From the human T2T-CHM13v2.0 reference genome, Homo sapiens: DNA of 64,000 nucleotides. The stretch's first letter is position 1, and each line of letters opens with the position of its first letter. A program made the translations under genes and the position numbers. The notes under the pieces are model-generated. The model was not told the origin of the DNA and ran no database searches. It was given only the letters and a program-made list of their open reading frames with translations. Positions 26,201 to 38,500 of this stretch are shown in pieces. The stretch is taken from assembly GCF_009914755.1 (NCBI RefSeq), contig NC_060925.1; one strand, 5' to 3'.

Positions 26201-29200
26201 TCAATGGTAGAATAGGAAATATCTTCCTATAGAAACTAGACAGAACGATTCTCAGAAACTCCTTTGTGATGTGTGCGTTCAACTCACAGAGTTTAACCTT
26301 TCTTTTCATAGAGCAGTTAGGAAACACTCTGTTTGTAAAGTCTGCAAGTGGATATTCAGACCTCTTTGAGGCCTTCGTTGGAAACGGGATTTCTTCATAT
26401 TCTGCTAGACAGAAGAATTCTCAGTAACTTCCTTGTGTTGTGTGTATTCAACTCACAGAGTTGAACGATCCTTTACACAGAGCAGACTTGAAACACTCTT
26501 TTTGTGGAATTTGCAAGTGGAGATTTCAGCCGCTTTGAGGTCAATAGTAGAAAAGGAAATATCTTCGTAGAAAAACTAGACAGAATGATTCTCAGAAACT
26601 GCTTTGTGATGTGTGTGTTCAACTCAAAGAGTTTAACGTTTCTTTTCATAGAGCAGTTAGTAAACACTCTGTTTATAAAGTCTGCAAGTGGATATTCAGA
26701 CCCCTTTGAGGCCTTCGTTGGAAACGGGATTTCTTCATATTATGCTAGACAGAAGAATTCTCAGTAACTTCCTTGTGTTGTGTGTATTCAACTGACAGAG
26801 TTGAACTTTCATTTAGAGAGAGCAGATTTGAAACACTGTTTTTGTGGAATTTGCAAGTGGAGATTTCAAGCGCTTTGGGGCCAAAGGCAGAAAAGGAAAT
26901 ATCTTCGTATAAAAACTAGACAGAATCATTCTCAAAAACTGCTGCGTGATGTTTGCGTTCAACTCTCAGAGTTTAACTTTTCTTTTCATTCAGCGGTTTG
27001 GAAACACTCTGTTTGTAAAGTCTGCACGTGGATATTTTGACCCCTTAGAGGCCTTCGTTGGAAACGGGTTTTTTTCATGTAAGGCTAGACAGAAGAATTC
27101 CCAGTAACTTCCTTGTGTTGTGTGCATTCAACTCACAGAGTTGAACGTTCCCTTAGACAGAGCAGATTTGAAACACTCTATTTGTGCAATTTGCAAGTGT
27201 AGATTTCAAGCGCTTTAAGGTCAACGGCAGAAAAGGAAATATCTTGGTTTCAAAACTAGACAGAATCATTCCCACAAACTGCGTTGTGATGTGTTCGTTC
27301 AACTCACAGAGTTTAACCTTTCTTTTCATAGAGCAGTTAGGAAACACTCTGTTTGTAAAGTCTGTAAGTGGATATTCTGACATCTTGTGGCCTTCGTTGG
27401 AAACGGGATTTCTTCATATTCTGCTAGACAGAAGAATTCTCAGTAACTTCCTTGTGTTGTGTGTATTCAACTCACAGAGTTGAACGATCCTTTACACAGA
27501 GCAGACTTGAAACACTCTTTTTGTGGAATTTGCAAGTGGAGATTTCAGCCGCTTTGAGGTCAATGGTAGAAAAGTAAATATCTTCGTATAAAGACTAGAC
27601 AGAATGATTCTCAGAAACTCCTTTGTGATGTGTGCGTTCAACTCACAGAGTTTAACCTTTCTGTTCATAGAGCTGGTAGGAAACACTCTGTTTGTAAAGT
27701 CTGCAAGTGGATATTCAGACCTCCTTGGGGCCTTCGTTGGAAACGGGATTTCTTCATATTCTGCTAGACAGAAGAATTCTCAGTAACTTCCTTGTGTTGT
27801 GTGTATTCAACTCACAGAGTTGAACGATCCTTTACACAGAGCAGACTTGAAACACTCTTTTTGTGGAATTTGCAAGTGGAGATTTCAGCCGCTTTGAGGT
27901 CAATGGTAGAATAGGGAATATCTTCTTATAGAAACTAGACAGAATGATTCTCATAAACTCCTTTGTGATGTGTGCATTCAACTCACAGAGTTTAACCTTT
28001 CTTTTCATAGAGCAGTTAGGAAACACTCTGTTTGTAAAGTCTGCAAGTGGATATTCAGACCTCCTTGAGGCCTTCGTTGGAAACGGGATTTCTTCATATT
28101 ATGCCAGACAGAATAATTCTCAGTAACTTCCTTGTGTTGTGTGTATTCAACTCACAGAGTTGAATGATCCTTTACACAGAGCAGACTTGAAACACTCTTT
28201 TTGTGGAATTTGCAAGTGGAGATTTCAGCCGCTTTGAGGTCAATGGTAGAAAAGTAAATATCTTCGTATGAAGACTAGACAGAATTATTCTCAGAAACTC
28301 CTTTGTGATGTGTGCGTTCAACTCACAGAGTTTAACCTTTCTGTTCATAGAGCAGTTAGGAAACACTCTGTTTGTAAAGTCTGCAAGTGGATATTCAGAC
28401 CTCCTTGAGGCCTTCGTTGGAAACGGGATTTCTTCATATTCTGCTAGACAGAAGAATTCTCAGTAACTTCCTTGTGTTGTGTGTATTCAACTCACAGAGT
28501 TGAACGATCCTTTACACAGAGCAGACTTGAAACACTCTTTTTGTGGAATTTGCTTGTGGAGATTTCAGCCGCTTTGAGGTCAATGGTAGAAAAGGAAATA
28601 TCTTCGTATAAAGAGTAGACAGAATGATTCTCATAAACTCCTTTGTGATGTGTGCGTTCAACTCACAGAGTTTAACCTTTCTTTTCATAGAGCAGTTAGG
28701 AAACACTCTGTTTGTAAAGTCTGCAAGTGGATATTCAGAACTCTTTGAGGCCTTCGTTTTAAACGGGATTTCTTCATATTATGCTAGACAGAATAATTCT
28801 CAGTAACTTCCTTGTGTTGTGTGTATTCAACTCACAGAGTTGAAGGATCCTTTACAGAGAGCAGGCTTGAAACACTCTTTTTGTCGAATTTGCAAGTGGA
28901 GATTTCAGCCGCTTTGAGGTCAATGGTAGAATAGGAAATATCTTCTTATAGAAACTAGACAGAATGATTCTCAGAAACTCCTTTGTGATGTGTGCGTTCA
29001 ACTCACAGAGTTTAACCTTTCTTTTCATAGAGCAGTTAGGAAACACTCTGTTTGTAAAGTCTGCAAGTGGATATTCAGACCTCTTTGAGGCCTTCGTTGG
29101 AAACGGGATTTCTTCATATTCTGCTAGACAGAAGAATTCTCAGTAACTTCCTTGTGTTGTGTGTATTCAACTCACAGAGTTGAACGATCCTTTACACAGA

Positions 29201-32200
29201 GCAGACTAGAAACATTCTTTTTGTGGAATTTGCAAGTGGAGATTTCAGCCGCTTTGAGGTCAATCGTAGAATAGGAAATATCTTCCTATAGAAACTAGAC
29301 AGAACGATTCTCAGAAACTCCTTTGTGATGTGAGCGTTCAACTCACAGAGTTTAACCTTTCTTTTCATAGAGCAGTTAGGAAACACTCTGTTTGTAAAGT
29401 CTGCAAGTGGATATTCAGACCTCTTTGAGGCCTTCGTTGGAAACGGGATTTCTTCATATTCTGCTAGACAGAAGAATTCTCAGTAACTTCCTTGTGTTGT
29501 GTGTATTCAACTCACAGAGTTGAACGATCCTTTACACAGAGCAGACTTGAAACACTCTATTTGTAGAATTTGCAAGTGGAGATTTCAGCCGCTTTGAGGT
29601 CAATAGTAGAAAAGGAAATATCTTCGTAGAAAAACTAGACAGAATGATTCTCAGAAACTCCTTTGTGATGTGTGTGTTCAACTCACAGAGTTTAACCTTT
29701 CTTTTCATAGAGCAGTTAGTAAACACTCTGTTTATAAAGTCTGCAAGTGGATATTCAGACCCCTTTGAGGCCTTCGTTGGAAACGGGATTTCTTCATATT
29801 ATGCTAGACAGAAGAATTCTCAGTAACTTCCTTGTGTTGTGTGTATTCAACTGACAGAGTTGAACTTTCATTTAGAGAGAGCAGATTTGAAACTCTGTTT
29901 TTGTGGAATTTGCAAGTGGAGATTTCAAGCGCTTTGGGGCCAAAGGCAGAAAAGGAAATATCTTCCTATAAAAACTAGACAGAATCATTCTCAGAAACTG
30001 CTGCGTGATGTGTGCGTTCAACTCTCAGAGTTTAACTTTTCTTTTCATTCAGCGGTTTGGAAACACTCTGTTTGTAAAGTCTGCACGTGGAAATTTTGAC
30101 CACTTAGAGGCCTTCGTTGGAAACGGGTTTTTTTCATGTAAGGCTCGACAGAAGAATTCCCAGTAACTTCCTTGTGTTGTGTGCATTCAACTCACAGAGT
30201 TGAACGTTCCCTTAGACAGAGCAGATTTGAAACACTCTATTTGTGCAATTTGCAAGTGTAGATTTCAAGCGCTTTAAGGTCAATGGCAGAAAAGGAAATT
30301 TCTTCGTTTTAAAACTAGACAGAATCATTCCCAGAAACTGCGTTGTGATGTGTTCGTTCAACTCACAGAGTTTAACCTTTCTTTTCATAGAGCAGTTAGG
30401 AAACACTCTGTTTGTAAAGTCTGTAAGTGGATATTCTGACGTCTTGTGGCCTTCGTTGGAAACGGGATTTCTTCATATTCTGCTAGACAGAAGAATTCTC
30501 AGTAACTTCCTTGTGTTGTGTGTATTCAACTCACAGAGTTGAACGATCCTTTACACAGAGCAGACTTGAAACACTTTTTTTGTGGAATTTGCAAGTGGAG
30601 GTTTCAGCCGCTTTGAGGTCAATAGTAGAAAAGGAAATATCTTCGTAGAAAAACTAGACAGAATGATTCTCAGAAACTCCTTTGTGATGTGTGTGTTCAA
30701 CTCACAGAGTTTAACCTTTCTTTTCATAGAGCAGTTAGGAAACACTCTGTTTGTAAAGTCTGCAAGTGGATATTCAGACCTCGTTGAGGCCTTCGTTGGA
30801 AACGGGATTTCTTCATATTCTGCTAGACAGAAGAATTCTCAGTAACTTCCTTGTGTTGTGTTTATTCAACTCACAGAGTTGAATGATCCTTTACACAGAG
30901 CAGACTTGAAACACTCTTTTTGTGGAATTTGCAAGTGGAGATTTCAGCCGCTTTGAGGTCAACGGTAGAAAAGGAAATATCTTCGTATAAAGACTAGACA
31001 GAATGATTCTCAGAAACTCCTTTGTGATGTGTGCGTTCAACTCACAGAGTTTAACCTTTCTGTTCATAGAGCTGTTAGGAAACACTCTGTTTGTAAAGTC
31101 TGCAAGTGGATATTCAGACCTCCTTGAGGCCTTCGTTGGAAACGGGATTTCTTCATATTCTGCTAGACAGAAGAATTCTCAGTAACTTCCTTGTGTTGTG
31201 TGTATTCAACTCACAGAGTTGAACGATCCTTTACACAGAGCAGACTTGAAACACTCTTTTTGTGGAATTTGCAAGTGGAGATTTCAGCCGCTTTGAGGTC
31301 AATGGTAGAAAAGGAAATATCTTCGTATAAAGACTAGACAGAATGATTCTCAGAAACTCCTTTGTGATGTGTGCGTTCAACTCACAGAGTTTAACTTTTC
31401 TTCTCATAGAGCAGTTAGGAAACACTCTGTTTGTAAAGTCTGCAAGTGGATATTCAGACCTCTTTGAGGTCTTCGTTGGAAACGGGATTTCTTCATATTA
31501 TGCTAGACAGAAGAATTCTCAGTAACTTCCTTGTGTTGTGTGTATTCAACTTACAGAGTTGAAGGATCCTTTACAGAGAGCAGGCTTGAAACACTCTTTT
31601 TGTCGAATTTGCAAGTGGAGATTTCAGCCGCTTTGAGGTCAATGGTAGAATAGGAAATATCTTCTTATAGAAACTAGACAGAATGATTCTCATAAACTCC
31701 TTTGTGATGTGTGCGTTCAACTCACAGAGTTTAACCTTTCTTTTCATAGAGCAGTTAGAAAACACTCTGTTTGTAAAGTCTGCAAGTGGATATTCAGACC
31801 TCCTTGAGGCCTTCGTTGGAAACGGGATTTCTTCATATTCTGCTAGACAGAAGAATTCTCAGTAACTTCCTTGTGTTGTGTGTATTCAACTCACAGAGTT
31901 GAATGATCCTTTACACAGAGCAGACTTGAAACACTCTTTTTGTGGAATTTGCAAGTGGAGATTTCAGCCGCTTTGAGGTCAATGGTAGAAAAGTAAATAT
32001 CTTCGTATGAAGACTAGACAGAATGATTCTCAGAAACTCCTTTGTGATGTGTGCGTTCAACTCACAGAGTTTAACCTTTCTGTTCATAGAGCAGTTAGGA
32101 AACACTCTGTTTGTAAAGTCTGCAAGTGGATATTCAGACCTCCTTGAGGCCTTCGTTGGAAACGGGATTTCTTCATATTCTGCTAGACAGAAGAATTCTC

Positions 32201-35200
32201 AGTAACTTCCTTGTGTTGTGTGTATTCAACTCACAGAGTTGAACGATCCTTTACACAGAGCAGACTTGAAACACTCTTTTTGTGGAATTTGCTTGTGGAG
32301 ATTTCAGCCGCTTTGAGGTCAATGGTAGAAAAGGAAATATCTTCGTATAAAGAGTAGACAGAATGATTCTCATAAATTCCTTTGTGATGTGTGCGTTCAA
32401 CTCACAGAGTTTAACCTTTCTTTTCATAGAGCAGTTAGGAAACACTCTGTTTGTAAAGTCTGCAAGTGGATATTCAGACCTCTTTGAGGCCTTCGTTTTA
32501 AACGGGATTTCTTCATATTATGCTAGACAGAATAATTCTCAGTAACTTCCTTGTGTTGTGTGTATTCAACTCACAGAGTTGAAGGATCCTTTACAGAGAG
32601 CAGGCTTGAAACACTCTTTTTGTCGAATTTGCAAGTGGAGATTTCAGCCGCTTTGAGGTCAATGGTAGAATAGGAAATATCTTCTTATAGAAACTAGACA
32701 GAATGATTCTCAGAAACTCCTTTGTGATGTGTGCGTTCAACTCACAGAGTTTAACCTTTCTTTTCATAGAGCAGTTAGGAAACACTCTGTTTGTAAAGTC
32801 TGCAAGTGGATATTCAGACCTCTTTGAGGCCTTCGTTTTAAACGGGATTTCTTCATATTATGCTAGACAGAATAATTCTCAGTAACTTCCTTGTGTTGTG
32901 TGTATTCAACTCACAGAGTTGAACGATCCTTTACACAGAGCAGACTTGAAACACTCTATTTGTAGAATTTGCAAGTGGAGATTTCAGCCGCTTTGAGGTC
33001 AATAGTAGAAAAGGAAATATCTTCGTAGAAAAACTAGACAGAATGATTCTCAGAAACTCCTTTGTGATGTGTGTGTTCAACTCACAGAGTTTAACCTTTC
33101 TTTTCATAGAGCAGTTAGTAAACACTCTGTTTATAAATTCTGCAAGTGGATATTCAGACCCCTTTGAGGCCTTCGTTGGAAACGGGATTTCTTCATATTA
33201 TGCTAGACAGAAGAATTCTCAGTAACTTCCTTGTGTTGTGTGTATTCAACTGACAGAGTTGAACTTTCATTTAGAGAGAGCAGATTTGAAACTCTGTTTT
33301 TGTGGAATTTGCAAGTGGAGATTTCAAGCGCTTTGGGGCCAAAGGCAGAAAAGGAAATATCTTCGTTTAAAAACTAGACAGAATCATTCTCAGAAACTGC
33401 TGCGTGATGTGTGCGTTCAACTCTCAGAGTTTAACTTTTCTTTTCATTCAGCGGTTTGGAAACACTCTGTTTGTAAAGTCTGCACGTGGAAATTTTGACC
33501 ACTTAGAGGCCTTCGTTGGAAACGGGTTTTTTTCATGTAAGGCTAGACAGAAGAATTCCCAGTAACTTCCTTGTGTTGTGTGCATTCAACTCACAGAGTT
33601 GAACGTTCCCTTAGACAGAGCAGATTTGAAACACTCTATTTGTGCAATTTGCAAGTGTAGTTTTCAAGCTCTTTAAGGTCAACGGCAGAAAAGGAAATAT
33701 CTTGGTTTCAAAACTAGACAGAATCATTCCCACAAACTGCGTTGTGATGTGTTCGTTCAACTCACAGAGTTTAACCTTTCTGTTCATAGAGCAGTTAGGA
33801 AACACTCTGTTTGTAAAGTCTGTAAGTGGATATTCTGACATCTTGTGGCCTTCGTTGGAAACGGGATTTCTTCGTATTCTGCTAGACAGAAGAATTCTCA
33901 GTAACTTCCTTGTGTTGTGTGTATTCAACTCACAGAGTTGAACGATCCTTTACACAGAGCAGACTTGAAACATTCTTTTTGTCGAATTTGCAAGTGGAGA
34001 TTTCAGCCGCTTTGAGGTCAATGGTAGAATAGGAAATATCTTCCTATAGAAACTAGACAGAACGATTCTCAGAAACTCCTTTGTGATGTGTGCGTTCAAC
34101 TCACAGAGTTTAACCTTTCTGTTCATAGAGCAGTTAGGAAACACTCTGTTTGTAAAGTCTGCAAGTGGATATTCAGACCTCTTTGAGGCCTTCGTTGGAA
34201 ACGGGATTTCTTCATATTCTGCTAGACAGAAGAATTCTCAGTAACTTCCTTGTGTTGTGTGTTTTCAACTCACAGAGTTGAACGATCCTTTACACAGAGC
34301 AGACTTGAAACACTCTTTTTGTGGAATTTGCAAGTGGAGATTTCAGCCGCTTTGAGGTCAATAGTCGAAAAGGAAATATTTTCGTAGAAAAACTAGACAG
34401 AATGATTCTCAGAAACTGCTTTGTGATGTGTGTGTTCAACTCACAGAGTTTAACGTTTCTTTTCATAGAGCAGTTAGTAAACACTCTGTTTATAAAGTCT
34501 GCAAGTGGATATTCAGACCCCTTTGAGGCCTTCGTTGGAAACGGGATTTCTTCATATTATGCTAGACAGAAGAATTCTCAGTAACTTCCTTGTGTTGTGT
34601 GTATTCAACTGACAGAGTTGAACTTTCATTTAGAGAGAGCAGATTTGAAACACTGTTTTTGTGGAATTTGCAAGTGGAGATTTCAAGCGCTTTGGGGCCA
34701 AAGGCAGAAAAGGAAATATCTTCGTATAAAAACTAGACAGAATCATTCTCAAAAACTGCTGCGTGATGTTTGCGTTCAACTCTCAGAGTTTAACTTTTCT
34801 TTTCATTCAGCGGTTTGGAAACACTCTGTTTGTAAAGTCTGCACGTGGATATTTTGACCACTTAGAGGCCTTCGTTGGAAACGGGTTTTTTTCATGTAAG
34901 GCTAGACAGAAGAATTCCCAGTAACTTCCTTGTGTTGTGTGCATTCAACTCACAGAGTTGAACGTTCCCTTAGACAGAGCAGATTTGAAACACTCTATTT
35001 GTGCAATTTGCAAGTGTAGATTTCAAGCGCTTTAAGGTCAACGGCAGAAAAGGAAATATCTTCGTTTCAAAACTAGACAGAATCATTCCCACAAACTGCG
35101 TTGTGATGTGTTCGTTCAACTCACAGAGTTTAACCTTTCTGTTCATAGAGCAGTTAGGAAACACTCTGTTTGTAAAGTCTGTAAGTGGATATTCTGACAT

Positions 35201-35599
35201 CTTGTGGCCTTCGTTGGAAACGGGATTTCTTCATATTCTGCTAGACAGAAGAATTCTCAGTAACTTCCTTGTGTTGTGTGTATTCAACTCACAGAGTTGA
35301 ACGATCCTTTACACAGAGCAGACTTGAAACACTCTTTTTGTGGAATTTGCAAGTGGAGATTTCAGCCGCTTTGAGGTCAATGGTAGAAAAGTAAATATCT
35401 TCGTATAAAGACTAGACAGAATGATTCTCAGAAACTCCTTTGTGATGTGTGCGTTCAACTCACAGAGTTTAACCTTTCTGTTCATAGAGCTGGTAGGAAA
35501 CACTCTGTTTGTAAAGTCTGCAAGTGGATATTCAGACCTCCTTGAGGCCTTCGTTGGAAACGGGATTTCTTCATATTCTGCTAGACAGAAGAATTCTCA

Positions 35600-38500
35600 G
35601 TAACTTCCTTGTGTTGTGTGTATTCAACTCACAGAGTTGAACGATCCTTTACACAGAGCAGACTTGAAACACTCTTTTTGTGGAATTTGCAAGTGGAGAT
35701 TTCAGCCGCTTTGAGGTCAATGGTAGAAAAGGAAATATCTTCGTATAAAGACTAGACAGAATGATTCTCAGAAACTCCTTTGTGATGTGTGCGTTCAACT
35801 CACAGAGTTTAACTTTTCTTTTCATAGAGCAGTTAGGAAACACTCTGTTTGTAAAGTCTGCAAGTGGATATTCAGACCTCTTTGAGGCCTTCGTTGGAAA
35901 CGGGATTTCTTCATATTATGCTAGACAGAAGAATTCTCAGTAACTTCCTTGTGTTGTGTGTATTCAACTCACAGAGTTGAACGATCCTTTACACAGAGCA
36001 GACTTGAAACATTCTTTTTGTGGAATTTGCAAGTGGAGATTTCAGCCGCTTTGAGGTCAATGGTAGAATAGGAAATATCTTCCTATAGAAACTAGACAGA
36101 ACGATTCTCAGAAACTCCTTTGTGATGTGTGCGTTCAACTCACAGAGTTTAACCTTTCTTTTCATAGAGCAGTTAGGAAACACTCTGTTTGTAAAGTCTG
36201 CAAGTGGATATTCAGACCTCTTTGAGGCCTTCGTTGGAAACGGGATTTCTTCATATTCTGCTAGACAGAAGAATTCTCAGTAACTTCCTTGTGTTGTGTG
36301 TATTCAACTCACAGATTTGAACGATCCTTTACACAGAGCAGACTTGAAACACTCTATTTGTAGAATTTGCAAGTGGAGATTTCAGCCGCTTTGAGGTCAA
36401 TAGTAGAAAAGGAAATATCTTCGTAGAAAAACTAGACAGAATGATTCTCAGAAACTCCTTTGTGATGTGTGTGTTCAACTCACAGAGTTTAACCTTTCTT
36501 TTCATAGAGCAGTTAGTAAACACTCTGTTTATAAAGTCTGCAAGTGGATATTCAGACCCCTTTGAGGCCTTCGTTGGAAACGGGATTTCTTCATATTATG
36601 CTAGACAGAAGAATTCTCAGTAACTTCCTTGTGTTGTGTGTATTCAACTGACAGAGTTGAACTTTCATTTAGAGAGAGCAGATTTGAAACACTGTTTTTG
36701 TGGAATTTGCAAGTGGAGATTTCAAGCGCTTTGGGGCCAAAGGCAGAAAAGGAAATATCTTCGTATAAAAACTAGACAGAATCATTCTCAGAAACTGCTG
36801 CGTGATGTGTGCGTTCAACTCTCAGAGTTTAACTTTTCTTTTCATTCAGCGGTTTGGAAACACTCTGTTTGTAAAATCTGCACGTGGAAATTTTGACCAC
36901 TTAGAGGCCTTCGTTGGAAACGGGTTTTTTTCATGTAAGGCTAGACAGAAGAATTCCCAGTAACTTCCTTGTGTTGTGTGCATTCAACTCACAGAGTTGA
37001 ACGTTCCCTTAGACAGAGCAGATTTGAAACACTCTATTTGTGCAATTTGCAAGTGTAGTTTTCAAGCTCTTTAAGGTCAACGGCAGAAAAGGAAATATCT
37101 TGGTTTCAAAACTAGACAGAATCATTCCCACAAACTGCGTTGTGATGTGTTCGTTCAACTCACAGAGTTTAACCTTTCTGTTCATAGAGCAGTTAGGAAA
37201 CACTCTGTTTGTAAAGTCTGTAAGTGGATATTCTGACATCTTGTGGCCTTCGTTGGAAACGGGATTTCTTCGTATTCTGCTAGACAGAAGAATTCTCAGT
37301 AACTTCCTTGTGTTGTGTGTATTCAACTCACAGAGTTGAACGATCCTTTACACAGAGCAGACTTGAAACATTCTTTTTGTCGAATTTGCAAGTGGAGATT
37401 TCAGCCGCTTTGAGGTCAATGGTAGAATAGGAAATATCTTCCTATAGAAACTAGACAGAACGATTCTCAGAAACTCCTTTGTGATGTGTGCGTTCAACTC
37501 ACAGAGTTTAACCTTTCTGTTCATAGAGCAGTTAGGAAACACTCTGTTTGTAAAGTCTGCAAGTGGATATTCAGACCTCTTTGAGGCCTTCGTTGGAAAC
37601 GGGATTTCTTCATATTCTGCTAGACAGAAGAATTCTCAGTAACTTCCTTGTGTTGTGTGTATTCAACTCACAGAGTTGAACGATCCTTTACACAGAGCAG
37701 ACTTGAAACACTCTTTTTGTGGAATTTGCAAGTGGAGATTTCAGCCGCTTTGAGGTCAATAGAAGAAAAGGAAATATCTTCGTAGAAAAACTAGACAGAA
37801 TGATTCTCAGAAACTCCTTTGTGATGTGTGTGTTCAACTGACAGAGTTTAACCTTTCTTTTCATAGAGCAGTTAGGAAACACTCTGTTTGTAAAGTCTGC
37901 AAGTGGATATTCAGACCTCGTTGAGGCCTTCGTTGGAAACGGGATTTCTTCATATTCTGCTAGACAGAAGAATTCTCAGTAACTTCCTTGTGTTGTGTTT
38001 ATTCAACTCACAGAGTTGAATGATCCTTTACACAGAGCAGACTTGAAACACTCTTTTTGTGGAATTTGCAAGTGGAGATTTCAGCCGCTTTGAGGTCAAT
38101 TGTAGAAAAGGAAATATCTTCGTATAAAGACTAGACAGAATGATTCTCAGAAACTCCTTTGTGATGTGTGCGTTCAACTCACAGAGTTTAACCTTTCTGT
38201 TCATAGAGCTGTTAGGAAACACTCTGTTTGTAAAGTCTGCAAGTGGATATTCAGACCTCCTTGAGGCCTTCGTTGGAAACGGGATTTCTTCATATTCTGC
38301 TAGACAGAAGAATTCTCAGTAACTTCCTTGTGTTGTGTGTATTCAACTCACAGAGTTGAACGATCCTTTACACAGAGCAGACTTGAAACACTCTTTTTGT
38401 GGAATTTGCAAGTGGAGATTTCAGCCGCTTTGAGGTCAATGGTAGAAAAGGAAATATCTTCGTATAAAGACTAGACAGAATGATTCTCAGAAACTCCTTT

